A stretch of 64,000 bases of DNA, taken from the NCBI RefSeq assembly GCF_006345805.1, contig NC_043001.1, positions 106,392,001 to 106,456,000 on the forward strand. Reading direction: 5' to 3'. The DNA comes from Octopus sinensis. Its lineage: Eukaryota. Numbering within the stretch: position 1 is the stretch's first letter; every line of letters starts with the position of its first letter. Below, in pieces: positions 12,987-27,480 of the stretch. Position numbers and translations under genes: made by a program. The notes beneath the pieces were generated by a model, which ran no database searches, was not told the origin of the DNA, and was given only the letters and a program-made list of their open reading frames with translations.

Positions 12987-14694
12987 TACGTCAGTGTTTG
13001 TTTGCAATGTACGGTGTTTTTGTTACTTGCAGTCTTGTTTGTTTTTTGTTGTTTTTTCTATTATTCGCTGAATATAACATAGATTATTAGCGACGATATT
13101 TATCTTTGAATAGGTGAGTTTAAGTGAAATGAGTATAAATATATTATTATGAGGGCGCGTGGATTATTGGCAAGGGGGTTCGGCTCATCATCTTAGAAAA
13201 AAACTGATTAAAAAAAGTATGAAATTCCATATGGAAATGGTGTATCAAATTATTAAGTGTGTCTGGTCAAAATATGAATAAATAAAGTCACCTTTATCTT
13301 TTTTCGTATGTTCTTTAATACGATCCTAAAACACTTTCTGTGTCTGAGCAGATGTGCGTGGGTGAACATATTACGACAGAATATTTAAAACAAACAGAAT
13401 AACATTAGTTTTTATTTCGGAAACATCTTAGATATTCTGTGTAGCTGGATGTTATAATCAATATCAGATGACAACGTCTTCCTTTGTGGCCAAGCGTTGT
13501 AAATAATGTGTGTGATATAGCGCCATTAGTGTTAAAGTATAAGAAATCTATGTCGAGGATTCTCTGAAGATAGCACCATAGCTAAATTTCCGAGCAATAT
13601 CAATGAATTTGTCGTTCTATTTCATTTTTATTTCATCATAACATATGCGAGGTGTCCAGTCAATTGACCTCAAGTAAGTACATCATTGTAATACAAACTA
13701 ATGGTCGCTGATTCAAGATTCTATAATGAGGTTTCTTTGAATAAAGAGTTATGCAAAATCTTCAGAACTTTGATCTTGTTAGAGGAAACCAATATTATTC
13801 GCAGAAAGAATAGATTCGATCTATGTTCCGAATTGCAGAGAAATATCAGATTAGCTCAGTACTGCACTATCATATTGTACCACATTTTTCTCTATCTCAT
13901 TCCTATTCTCTCTCGTGCGTTCTTTATATTTTACATTACTAAATAAGTGGCGAGTATATGTTTTGTATTTCCATTTTAAAATTTGTCCAAACTTATTTTG
14001 AATAAAAGAAAAAAATGTGATAAATATAATTATAGATAATGGTAAAAAAAAAAGCACAAAGAAATTTCCGCTTGAAATATTCGTTAAAATATCACTGGAA
14101 TTCTGACAATCAAAGATGCAATGATCTATCTTTTGTTAGATCATGTGCCATTACCTAAAGTCTTAACAAATAACTCTGATAAAATATCTATGACGCTTTT
14201 TTTTATTCGTCATACTAAATAGAAGTTCAGAAGCAAAAACTGACATTTTCTTGCATTTAATTTATTTACAAAGAATCAATACGAAAAAGTTATATAGTCA
14301 TACAGATTTATCTTGAATTCAGAAACAAAAAAATACTACACAGGAGGAAAACTACCAAATTTTATGAAAAACGCATTGATAACAAAAGTTATATCAACTC
14401 TCTTCAAGTAACTTTATTTAGAAATCGAAAAAATTTTCAAAATAAAAACGCGAAAAAGAAAGAGAATTCGATTACGTAATTACACAAGTTATCTGCGTTT
14501 CCAACTGCAGAATTGATGTACGCATATTTTTGTTAAAGTAAGCTAAGATGAAGTTTAAGCAATGCAATAACAAACCAATTACCTAAAAATTTAGCTTCCA
14601 ACGAGAACGCTATTATGAATCGAAAATGGTTTGCTACGCTGTACCCTTTTACATATTCTAGCTTTCTTTCATAGAATACGTTTGTGAAATTAAG

Positions 14695-14734
<40 letters not shown>

Positions 14735-14736
<2 letters not shown>

Positions 14737-14949
14737 TTATTCATTTATTCTTTTGCTTCAGTCATTTGACTGCGACCATGCTGGAGCACCACCATGCTCG
14801 AGCAAATCGACACCAGGACTTATTCTTTGTAAGCTTTGTACTTATTCTATTGTTCTCTTTTGCCGAACTGCTATGTTACGGGGACGTAAACACACCAACA
14901 TTGGTGTCAAGCGATGGTAGGGGACAAACACAGACACACAAGTACATAC

Positions 14950-14992
<43 letters not shown>

Positions 14993-15135
14993 ACAGGCTT
15001 CTTTCAGTTTCCGTCTACCAAATCCATTCACAATGTTTGGGTCGGCCCGAGGCTAGAGTAGGTGGCACGCAGTGGGACTGAACCCGGAACCGTGAGCTTG
15101 GGAAGCAAGCTTCTTACCCCCTCCCATTCCTGCGC
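14735..15135 (-). mobile_element. SINE family A
   Basis: Reverse-complement match to family A, including gggactgaacccggaacc (B-box) and the tail. Confidence 0.9.
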
Positions 15136-15169
15136 GTACCCACAGAGCCATTCTTGTGCATATGTATAT

Positions 15170-15245
<76 letters not shown>

Positions 15246-16039
15246 TTATATATGAGGATAATATCGATATTTAAGTGTCGAAATTATCAAGTGGCCGGCA
15301 TGAAAGAAATACCTTACAAAGGTAAAAAAATTTTTAGACACCCTCATTTTTAATTATATATATAACACGAAAGGGCGGAATAAACAGGCTTTAACGACAA
15401 AATTCAACAGCTGATTCTGTGCAGTGGTAACAGCTGTTAGTTTCTGAGTTTTCATTCTCATATCACGGCATAAATCATTTTAGAAGTAATCACATAAATC
15501 ACTACGATCCAGCAGCGTCACATTGTCAGCTCGGTGGCTTTGAAAACACTGCAGTGAGTAATTTATGAATTTGTTATTTTTTAGCCAAAGTTTGGTTGCG
15601 ATTCGAGTATGACTATTCCAAATGTTACTAATATGTTGTTTTTTTTCCTATAAAATAAACACCTTTTCATGATTTGAAAGTTCATCTTTTAATGCTACCA
15701 GCTCGAGTGGCTGCGCAGTAGCGGCTTTTAAATAATACCTTTCATGATTGAGTGATAATAACGTAGTCAGTTCTTAAAGGAAACGCTCCGTGATCAAGAT
15801 TATCAGATCGTAAAAGAACTACTCACTTTGCAATGTTTCCAAAGCTTGCCCTACATTACACTATCACTTGAAGTCGTAAAGTAAAGACTGTGGTACTGAG
15901 TTCGAACCTTACTTCAGTTTTGGTTTTTAGAGAGGGATAGATAGATGGGTAGATAGATAGAGAGAGAGAGAGGGACAAATAAAACAAAATAGTTTTGAGG
16001 TACCTCGAATAGATTTTTTTAAATACGCATGTGCTCCCA

Positions 16040-16510
16040 GGTTGCTTTCTACTTAGTAGTCTCATCTCCTAGAAAAAACAGCCAAGTTTCCCTGAAACTA
16101 AATGCCAGCGTATTTGAACGGAGTGTCAATTTAGATAAGCAAGCAAGGCAAGCGTAGTATGGTGGGTAGAAAAATCGCTTCAAGAACACACTTAAAATTT
16201 CACTGAGATGCTTTGAGATCAACTCTGACACTTGCAAAACGCAAAGATAAGACCTCCCAGCCCGACGATGCTGCACCAACAGAGGTGCCACCAACTACCA
16301 ACAGCACAAGATTATGGAGGCACAAAGAAAACGCCAACTACACAAGTCCATAGCCATCTCTTGCCTTCAGTGCCAACACACTAACAGTAGACGACCTCCG
16401 ACAGAGCCTTCTGAGCACGTATCCGAATGATTGGCCGCAGCCGGACACACCGAGCCACACCTTTCTCTCCCTTGTCCTTGGTCATCGCTGACAACGACCG
16501 ACGAACTAAT
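16040..16510 (+). mobile_element. Decayed RTE-clade LINE ORF2 3' end
   Basis: YGG*KNRFKNTLKISLRCFEINSDTCKTQR*DLPARRCCTNRGATNYQQHKIMEAQRKRQLHK resembles the RTE C-terminus (GGQKKRFKDTLK..LK...I....WE..A.DR..WR...EA.RKR), followed by a tail gacaacgaccgacgaac. Confidence 0.8.
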
Positions 16511-17843
16511 ATGCATGAAAATGCTGAATGTTATTGATCATATGTTCTGCTCAGTCAGAGCTGATCTGACGCTTAACAACGACACCCTTAATCATGTTAT
16601 TAAGATGCATTTCTGAACTGCGAACAATCATCTTGAAGAGTAATATAAGATGCTTTTCGATACTGCTCAAGAATACCGAGCAGGAGACCTGACGGAATCG
16701 CTAGAGTTTTGGAAAAATTCCTTCAAGTATTTATTACGAGTCTTACGTTCTCAGTTCAAATGCAACGGAGGTTAACTTTGACGTTTTTCGATTCAGGTTA
16801 AATACAATAAAGTACCTGCCAAAAACTATGGTTGATGATATCGATCAACGATCTTCCTTTACTGATATGTAATTTATTCCAATATGATTCAGTAGGGTAA
16901 CAACAGAAGGTATTAAATTTGTAACTGTGCTGTTGTTATTTTTTCAGACATAGTGTATCTAAGATAACGTACGGAAAATAAGGTACACGGTAGCTTGGGG
17001 CACAATTGGTTGCGGCATCTAGCAGCGAACTGTTCTTGAGTCACCTTTTGATTTGATTTTTATCTGTAGTAGGTCAAGCAATTGCATAAATATTCCGACA
17101 TTGTGGGCAGATTGTTGTCAGCGAGGCACCACATGAGTACGTGAAGAAAATTTAACAAGGAACCGATATAAGGTGATATTTTTTATTCATTGCTATCAAT
17201 ACCTTTACTAAGGACAATACAAACACCCGGATTTGCTGATTTGCAGAAACAGTATCACGTTGAGGGAAAGATGTAAAAGCGTTTAGAAAATTTCGTTCAG
17301 ATTTATGAGTTGAAGCGTCAAGGTCGATTTTCCAATTTAGATTCCCGCATCAATACCACCAGTCCTATCCATTGATTGATATAATCAGCGAGTCCTTCTG
17401 TTATACTTTTAGCAGAAACTGTACAAAATAAATTTACAATCCTCAGTGTTAAATTCAGTTCTGTCGTACTCAGCTTATCAGTAACACTATGTCAAAAACA
17501 TTATTTTTCTTTATCTTCCATTTATTAGATTAAAATTGACTCGAGAAAATAATTCGATCCTCATATATTTTTTTCATCGGAATTATACTTTATTCTCATC
17601 GTATTTGCAGAGCAACTGACAATTTTCTTTAAAATTTGTAGACATTATTTCTGTGTGTTTTTGTGTGTATGTTTATCCGTGTGTGAGTGTGCGTGTGCTT
17701 CAGGGCCTACCTCTATGTGTATATGTGTGCAGCTGACTGTGCGTATATATATATATATATACGCACATTTATATATATAATGGCAGGGTGTACGTATGTA
17801 TATCTGCATATATGCATACATATAGATGTATGTATATATACAC

Positions 17844-17938
<95 letters not shown>

Positions 17939-20344
17939 TACATATATATACATATATATATACGCGCACACACACACACACATATATATTAATCTTTGTA
18001 CATGGTCATATTATGGTAAATAGTCATACACAAATATCTACAACCTCGTCATCGTCAGCGTCGTCGTCGTTTCATCATTTTCATTTTCATACTTGGAAAA
18101 GAAGACAAAAGAACAAAAGTACATTGGAACAAAGTTTTCTACGGATTTTTTTTTGTCACGCTAACCCGTACCTGTTTCCAACAGAGATATTCATCTCCTA
18201 AGAAACCAGTAAGAAACTGCCTTGTCAGCATTAAGTCGAAAACTGACACAGTTCGAATAAACATTTTCTATTATAAAGATGGAACAACAAGCAGTCAGTT
18301 GTATGTGTTTTGGCAACGAACCGCAAGTAAATAGTATTGTCCATAATTAGCTCATTGCTTACAGACACTAACACAGAGAAAACAGCGGAAAATCATTAAT
18401 AGCTTACTCGCACAAGACACACACACACACACACACTGCAATTGATATGAGAATGGAAAATTCACAGCCTTCTGCTGTATGCTATGAAATATGCTAAGTA
18501 AATACGGACACACAATGACGTAACAGGATGATTTTCGGCTCATAACTTTGCTAAACGTGAAGCTTAAGGTTTTGTATAAGATGCTAGCTAACCGGTAATA
18601 CTTGTCATGAAAAGCGAAGGCGAACAAAACTCTGAACGTTATATGCAGTATATGTGGTACATCTGGAGAGAGTAACCTCATTATTTTTCTGTGCCTCTTA
18701 CTAACTTTGATGACTCGAAAACTCTCGATGGGGGTCGACCATTATTTATTGGCGGTTGTCAACACGGCGGCCAATTTCGTACCCGTTTGAAATTCACTAT
18801 CACTTTAATATACAACAGCATTTTATTAAGTATCCCATTATCGGAACCGTTTCAAATCATGAACTAGACTCGTCAAGTATATTTTTCATCTCTCCTTTAT
18901 GTATTGTCTGTTGAGACACTACTGTAGAAATTGGAGAGTATGACGAACATAGCTCTCACCCTGAGACAAACATTTGTTATGTATGCAATGCAGAAGGTGT
19001 CCCCGTAATTGTGTCGAACGCAACGGATATGTACTTGGTCAGCAGCATCCTAAAAAAAAGCGAGATGTTGATATGTGCAACAGCTGACCAGGACATGTCG
19101 GCGAGTTTACTGCTTGGTACCGGAAGAGGCAAGTGAATACCAACAAATAACATCGTGCGACGCTCGACAAAATACCCGGTGAAGTTGTTGTTTTGTTGAC
19201 TTTGGAGCCCCAAATGTATAGGAAGAAGGTCGAAGTTACGCGTTGAAAACCTCGTCTTACATAGAAATTAGGTGAGAGGAAGATGTTCAAAGTTCAGAGA
19301 TAGCGAGAGCATGTGATGGATTCGTTATACATTACCGTCTTGCCTTGTTCTTTTTCTCACCTGACCTGGATGGATCGATAAGCGGATTCCATTGCCCAAG
19401 TGTTCAATCCACTGTCATCATCCTCTGAAGGATGGGAGCGGTACGCTGTGGCTTCTAATGCACTAACATGCGCTGGGGTTATGGTGATTACTGTGATTCG
19501 GATATTGTGAGCAGAGGCCGTCACGCATTTCTTTCACAGCTTATTTTCAGCACTCAAAGCGCCCCATTTACTGGGAAATACGGTCGGTACTTGTGAGTAG
19601 TGATGAGGGAGAGCGACGAAGGATTTAGGCGTCGACGACAATCTACTGGGTAATCTATTGCGAACATACTTGGACCCATGAAAACCCAGAAATCCCTGGC
19701 TTGTCAGTGCTGAACGGAATTGCCCCTCGCAGAAAGTCTACAGGCACCTAAGTGACGTCATGTTTGCCTGCCTGAGATGATCACCGAACGACAAAACTCT
19801 TTTCCATGCATTTATTCTGTAATTAAACATTACTGATTTGTTAAGTTTTGTTAAACAGCTGCTGTCTTGTGATAGTATTTCTTGGTTAGCTATAACGAAA
19901 GTAGTTCTGTGGTGGACGAACTGAAATGACTAAAGACACACATTTTCCTTTTCAACTTAACCCTTATCATCAGAAAGTGAGAGAGGAGATGAAGGAGCTC
20001 CCGTAGTAAATTCTTCGGAAGGCGAGTAAAAGTAACGAATGCTGTACGTGTGAGCAGACGTCTCTGAGCAAGCACTTATAAACAGGTGAACGGGATATGA
20101 GAGAATATACTTGCTCTTGGAGGTTAGGATAATCGGCGTGTAATAAGGTTCCCTTTGATTCGTGTTGATCAGCCTTTACCACTGCGCAATTTCGTTGAGA
20201 AATTTTGATTTTGCTCTTACTTTTTGCTGTTAGATGTTTTTGGTATAAATTTTTAATGCTTCAAAGGAAACACAGCCCACAATACTTTGAATGTTGTCCT
20301 TTGTACTGTAGCTTGTGTCCCCTTGAGCACTTGTTTAATATGTG

Positions 20345-20415
<71 letters not shown>

Positions 20416-21985
20416 ATAGGGATTTAAAGTATGAAAGAGATCGAACATTAGGCTATTAAGCTCTCCTCTAATTGCATAAGCAATAAGAATGACCTTGGTG
20501 TAGGTTAGGGTAAACCTTAGCGTCGTTGTGAACATCCGGGATTTACAATGGTGTAGAGAAATATATGAACAGAAAAGATAAAAGCAATTATTTGAGAGAG
20601 CAGATGCTTATTTCATATGCCTAATTATCTTGTTAGTTATACAGTAGTTATTACATCAATATTAACACAAATGCAAAGCATACATATAAAATCATACATT
20701 GATAAATACATTTTTGCGTGTGAACCCACATATAGAAAGATACAAGTATGGGAACCAACCATATTTTCAACAACCGTATATCGTTCTGAAAATGTGTCTG
20801 TTAGTTCGCATATATGTACATTTCTATATATGGGTTGGCACGGGAATATATATATATATATTATTTAATTTATACGGTCTTTATTATACGTGCATTTATA
20901 TTTATAGTTATTAATTAGCCAACGAGATATATGGATCGTTAATTAGTTATAGCGTTCTTTTAAGATAGTTTATACTTAAAATTTATATATGTATATATAT
21001 ATATTATTATTATTATTATTATTATTTTATTATTATTTTTGTATTTATTATTAATTTATTAATTAATAACTTACAAAAACGTATAATCAATATATATATA
21101 TATGCTTGTAAATGCATGTTTTATGAGTGTTAATATTGACGTAACAGCTATTTATTATACTCAAGACAGTGAAACAGCTGTAAACGTATGGATTAAACCT
21201 CTATTCTAACTCTCGTTAGTCGACAAAATCAAAAACAAGGAGTGTGCATGCGCGGAATTAAAAGTATAAAACGGCGACAACTTACTCATCACTTCCTACA
21301 TGTGTCTGTGTGTGTATATTGAGAGCGTGGAACCTCTTTTTTGCTACTATTGTTCCGAGATCTACTCTGCTAGAATAGTCGCACCTGTTATGGTCCCAAT
21401 TGTGGGTAAATTATCATGTGAACCAATGTGATGGAAGGACCCCTAATTCTTGTTAGAACTTTATTCTAGGAGAAGGTGAAGTCGTGTAAAAGGGACACAG
21501 TTGCTTTCTGATTGCGTAGAAAAGCAGGTTCGTTGCTTTGCAACGCTTTACCTACTGAAAACAGTTCCACACACAGGAATATCTTGGAATCACGAAACTT
21601 TTGCATGGACCTACTGAGTGTCCACGTGGTCTTACTTGATCCCGAGTTCACTTCCACCATATATAATATTAAACGTCAGTTATCTCTCGGAGCCGTTTTC
21701 ATATTTGATGGTTCTGTTATTTAGCCTTAGATCCTGTCTGACTGAAAAGACTAGTAATCCACTTAAACATCAAATTGCGGGAGGTTGATGCAGTTATTTC
21801 GTCCTTCGGCAATAATCGAAGGAACTAATTATCTTAATGTGTTATTCAAAGAAAATAAAGCTACTATTTCTAGCAATTACAGCGACCTCATCAATGCCAC
21901 TCATTCCGCCAATGTATATCTCTAGTGTACCACCGAGTGGATTATTGTTTAGTATTTCTCTTTTAGCATTACTTTATTTCATTAA

Positions 21986-22401
21986 TCCATTTCTTTACTA
22001 CCCACAAGGGGCAAAGCAGAGAGGGGACAAACAAGGACAGACAAACGGATAAAGTCGGTTACATCGACCCTAGTGCGTAACTGGTACTTAATTTATCGAC
22101 CCCGAAAGGATGAAAGGCAAAGTCGACCTCGGCGGAATTTAAACTCAGAACGTAGCGGCAGACGAAATACCTATTTCTTTATTACCCACAAGGGGCTGAA
22201 CATAGAGAGGACAAACATGGACAGACATAGGTATTAAGTCGATTATATCGACCCAGTGCTTAACTGGTACTTAATTTATCGACCCCGAAAGGATGAAAGG
22301 CAAAGTCGACCTCGGCGGAATTTGAACTCACAACGTAACGGCAGACGAAATACCGTTAAGCATTTCGCCCGGCGTGCTAACGTTTCTGCCAGCTCGCCGC
22401 C
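21986..22401 (-). mobile_element. SINE family B tandem dimer (full copy plus head-less copy) within one 17-bp TSD
   Basis: Core gcctttcatcctttcggggtcgataaattaagtaccag (reverse) occurs twice. TSD ttactttatttcattaa at 21969-21985 and 22402-22418. Confidence 0.9.
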
Positions 22402-23599
22402 TTACTTTATTTCATTAACTGTAAACGCATTTCAGATTTACATTCCGCACTGCGTCATCAACGTCACTAATAGTAATACTGCGTTATTTCTTTTAATAAC
22501 ATTTACATGGTAGATTTTCTAATTTGCTATTTCCCAACAAATTACCTTCTTCCGTCAGTGTTTTGTCGCAACGCATTAAGTAGACATATTACTTCATAAT
22601 TACTTCAAACATAACGTAGACACTCGATTTTACATTGTTTCTTTATCAGTGCTAATCTCGTCCTGTTAGATTTATTTTACTAAGCATCAATTTAGATATT
22701 GATACCGTAAACATGATTGCCAGGATAACTTGATTTAACTAAATGGATCGTCTTCGTAATTTTCATACAACCATAGATTACTGAAAGCTTTTGAAATCGA
22801 GAATAATTCTCTAATCATTTTAGATGTAATCTCTCTAAAAGCATCATTATTTTATTTATTAATAATGGATGAGTGTGCCGGGAACTGATAAGATCCTTGT
22901 GAAATTCTGTTATGGTTTAGACTCGTTCCAATTCATTTTACGCATAGCAAATAACCTTATTCAATATTATAGCAGAAAACAAAAGAATTCGGCAATCCTT
23001 ATTCAGTCGCGAGCCTCTACCGCCACACTCAACAGAACCATCTTGTAACTGCAAACAACTTGCCCAGCATTTAATAGCTGGATTCTATGAGTAGAGACTA
23101 TAGCATTAAATCGAAGAATAATTAGTTAATTAACAATGTTGGTCGTGAAAAAAATCAATGTGAAATGTTTGCATTTAATTATAAAATTGTAGTACGTGTG
23201 TGTTTGTGTGTGTGTAATGCAATAAGGACAGACATCCAGTAAAAAGACGTTTTTATCTCTTGCTCCTATGTTTCAGTAACAACTAAAGTAAAATTAACCA
23301 TCTACTTATATTTAGTTCAGATTTTCTCTTGATTAAAACAGATTATCATTTGAGAATAAATTTACCTGGCTCCTTCACTCCTCTTTATCGGGTTTAACGT
23401 CTTGCGCTGTTTTTATTTAGATGAACATCGATCTGGATTGAATGGATTTATATCAAAAGTGTTCCTTCTGTAACCTTTCCATCGTTTGATATTTGTTGAG
23501 ATAGTTGCGAGTTTTGTAATTCACTCATTAACTTGTGTTGGTTGAGATATATAAATTCTTAGAGAAAGAAACCAAAATATACCAATACATACATCTAAA

Positions 23600-23712
23600 T
23601 CAATTTTTTTCAGGGGCCCCCTAAAATTCTATGGTAGATATCCAATTTATCATTTTGTTGCATGGACCTTCAAAAACTCAGGGGCCATATGGACCCCAGT
23701 TGAAAACCACTG
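23600..23712. mobile_element. hAT MITE 3' fragment
   Basis: Ends in gttgaaaaccactg, the same TIR as 7109-7123. The other TIR was not found. Confidence 0.55.
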
Positions 23713-25123
23713 CTCTATACTGTACACTTAGTAGGGTGTACTGGGTGTTTTAAAGGAAATTAGGCTGCCATTTCTAGCAACTGCAGTGACCACAAAGAGA
23801 TTTCTTGGTTGTCGTTTCTCACTTTCTCATAAATTAATTATGAAGGCATCGACACAAAATGTAGAGATTGGCAGGATATGGAGTGTAAGGAATAGGATGT
23901 ACTTGGAGTGTTTTAAAGATATGAGTAATAGGAATTGAATTTCAAATGGAAAACGAAACATGCCTGCAGACTTGGCTTGGAATTTTCATTTTAATATTAA
24001 TTATCTTGGTTTCAACTTTAAACATTCTTATATTCCATTAAATATATATATCCTATGATAAGATGATGTTTTAATATACATTCATTCTCCACTTCACAAA
24101 GTATAAAATGTTCCATAGACATAAAATGATAATAAATTTTTTGCAAAACTTTTTCTAATTCAGCTTCACTTAAATCGATTGAAGAATCAACAAAGTTGAA
24201 GCGTATTTGACAGATGAAAAAGAAAATGTATTGTCATAAAAAGTAAAACAAAAGCGTATACAGAATGAAACAGTTAATCAAATTTCTTTTTCCCTGTGGT
24301 AAAAAAAAACTTCAGGAAACAAACATCATCACATTGCGAACGTTTTTGTTTATTTCAAGAAGAAAATAGTATTAAAAACATATTTAAACATCACATACTT
24401 TGAGCCTTTATATCAGCTGACTATTGTTTTAGTGTTCGTCTGGAATTTTCTAAACTGTTTTTAAATACATTCAGTATTTGTGATTGATATATAACAGATG
24501 ATGATGATGTATATTATTTGTCTAAATCTAGTTTCGTAAAAATATTATAGAATATTAACCGCAGTCGACAGAGTATTTATTGTTTGTCTTCATATGTATG
24601 TGCTTTCGTTTATTACACAATTCTTCATATGGAAATAGATTGGGTTAATATATCACGCTAGCAACAAATGGTTTTTGGTAAAATATTTAATCAATAAAAA
24701 AGTATATTTTAAACGCATCATTTTTCAATCTTGTCGTAGAACATTGATTGAGTGAAACGTTCATGTCGAAATATTTTCTGCAGTAGATTGGAAATATTAG
24801 GTAGATGGGTGTCATAAGAAATGTAATGGAAATTCAATCTAAACATTATGGCATCACTTGCAATATTTAAAACCTTCCATAAAATAGGTTATTGTTATAA
24901 AAGACAAAACGTGCAGGCTCAATGTAACTCGAACGGTCGATGTCATATGACTGGCTGGTAAATTGATGGAAGCATTAAAGTATCGGATAAAATGTGTCGC
25001 GATATTTGTTGCTTGTCTCTAAGTTCAAATAAGACCGAGATCAACTTTGCATTTATACATTAGGCAGATGAATGCCATAAGAAATGTAATGGAAATTCAA
25101 TCTAAACATAAAAATATAAAATT

Positions 25124-25258
25124 ACTACGCAGACGTGGATGTGTGGTAAGAAGCTATTTTTCCCAACCACATTGCTCCGGGTTCAATCCCACTGCCTTGG
25201 GTAAGTGTCAACAAAAAACGTCTGAGTGGATTTGGAAAACGGAAACTGAAAGAAGCTC

Positions 25259-25262
<4 letters not shown>
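25124..25262 (+). mobile_element. SINE family A head fragment
   Basis: gtgtggtaagaagct...gggttcaatcccactg...ggaaactgaaagaagctcgt. Confidence 0.75.
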
Positions 25263-25302
<40 letters not shown>

Positions 25303-27107
25303 ATCAAAATAAGAAACAAGGATATCCAAAGATAGTGTAGTACAATCGTTTCATGGTACTTCGTTTAATTAAACAATGTAAGTATTACATCAATATTAAA
25401 ATGTAGAGCACTCTTCAGCCACATATGGAATTTTTAAAAATTTAATTGATAATGTTCATTTTTATACTTATTCCATTTGCCAACATTACAAAGAGGGTAG
25501 GTATATAGACAGAGAGGTGAATTTCATCAATAAGAACATGGTAGTAGAAGGTCTTTCCTCATGGGCAGATTTTTTATCACTGAGTTCACTTTGTAATTTA
25601 GATTTACCAATGGGGAGGGGTTTTCTATTAAGCTCAGTGGAGACAATCAAGAATTTTTCTCTTTATAGATAGAGGAAGTGGCAGTTTAAGTGGCAAAGCC
25701 ATAAATCTAACCTTTTTATGAGGAATTTAACTTCAGTACATTAGAATGTATTTTAGCTATAGTTAAAATACATTCTAATGTACCAAAAAGAATCGTACAG
25801 CTGCTTATCTCTAGCCACGTGATATTCCAATGAAATAAGGTTTCCTTCCATTATTACACTTTAGCAAAACATGATTCTTAAGCAAAAATTTACCTCTCAA
25901 ACACTATTAAGTATCTATACCTGATTAAATATTTCCATTATTTGTATATTAAATTTTGCTTAATAGTACTTCAAAATACCACTCATAATTCTCATAATAA
26001 TGTCAAGGAGCACGATTCCTAAAGGCAACCAACCAACGTCGAAAACAACATTGCTAACTACAAGTATGTGCAATAAAACAGCGAGCTCCTGAAGGTAATA
26101 TTTATTTTTCGAAATTATAATCCTAGTCGCAATTGCCTCCTTTCAGAGTTTGTTTGGTAGGAGGAGAAATTCAAGTGAGCGATAAGTGTTTGATCGAAGT
26201 TTCACAAGTTGCTACGCACTTCACGTCTAGTGAAGCTTATACAGATTTCAGCAATGTAGATTACATTTCGATCTACTTCTTTCACATAAGACTATTTTAT
26301 CCTATACACATAATCTACTATGAATGAGAGTCACTGTTTCGGTCATGTACATTTATTGCGACAAAACAATTTCAATAGGTAACAGTTGTTATCGCTACAA
26401 TATCAGAAAATATCTCCACTTGTACCTACATTTCGTACAAGTATATATAAAATAGGTTGGCTATCGTAATGCACATCAAATTTCTTGTATTTTATTGCAT
26501 TGAGGCATTGAGCAGCATGCTTAAACCGCCCCCTCTCTCTCTCTCTCTCGCTCTCTCTCTATACATACAGACATATATATATTGGACAATGTGTATGTTG
26601 AACAATAAAGAACATCCAATAAATTTGTCACCTCAACAACACGGCGAATGGCGCACATGAACAAAGTTGTTTTTCAATCTAATAATATTCTTTTAAATTT
26701 TTTTATTCGAGACATGATACGATTATGTTTATAGCAAAGATATACAGTGAGGCATCCTAAAGGTGATAATCTGCAAGTAATTGAGTTAAAAAGATGAGAC
26801 AGATTTCGTAATGAAATTTTGAAGAAGAAACTGTTGTATGAAAAAAAAAACAGAAAATAGAATGTAAACCTGCTAAGATACTGAAAATTAATAAAGACAG
26901 CAAGAATAACGATACGACTTCTCAAGAGTTCACCTTTTGAAGAACGGCATCGGAAATCATAGAATGTTTAATCAAAGATACTGAAATGGAAGGAATTCTG
27001 TTTGTGTTACAGTATTTAGTTTTTGACCTGTAGTTTGATTTAAAATGTTGCTGGATTTTCCCTTTGTTTATCATTCATCTAGATACGGTAATATAAATAT
27101 CATGAAC

Positions 27108-27480
27108 ATAGGCACAGAAGAGGCTGTTTGGGAAGAAGCTTGCTTCCCAGCCACATGGTTCCCAGTTCAGTCCCACTGCGTCGCACCTTGGGCAAGTGTC
27201 TTCTCCTATAACCTCGGGCCAACTGTCTGTGTATGTGTGTGTCTGTGTATGTGTGTGTGTGTCTGTGTGCGCATTCGTGTGTCTGTGTTGTTCCCCTCGA
27301 CCATCGCTTGACAACCGATGTTAATGTGTTAACGTTCCTGCAACCTAGCGGTTCGGTTAAATTGACCGATATAATAAGTACTAAGCTTACAAAGAATAAG
27401 TGCTGGGGTCGATTTATTCGACTAAAGGCGGTGCTCCAGCCTGGCCGCAGTCAAATGACTGAAACAAGTAAAAGAAAATA
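27108..27480 (+). mobile_element. SINE family A
   Basis: Head, central TG repeat and tail ggcggtgctccagcctggccgcagtcaaatgactgaaac are all present. Confidence 0.9.

Noticed and set aside
20030-20130. C2H2 zinc-finger-like words (SLSKHL*TGER..YTC)
   Set aside because: Spacing is wrong, there is an in-frame stop and no second finger.
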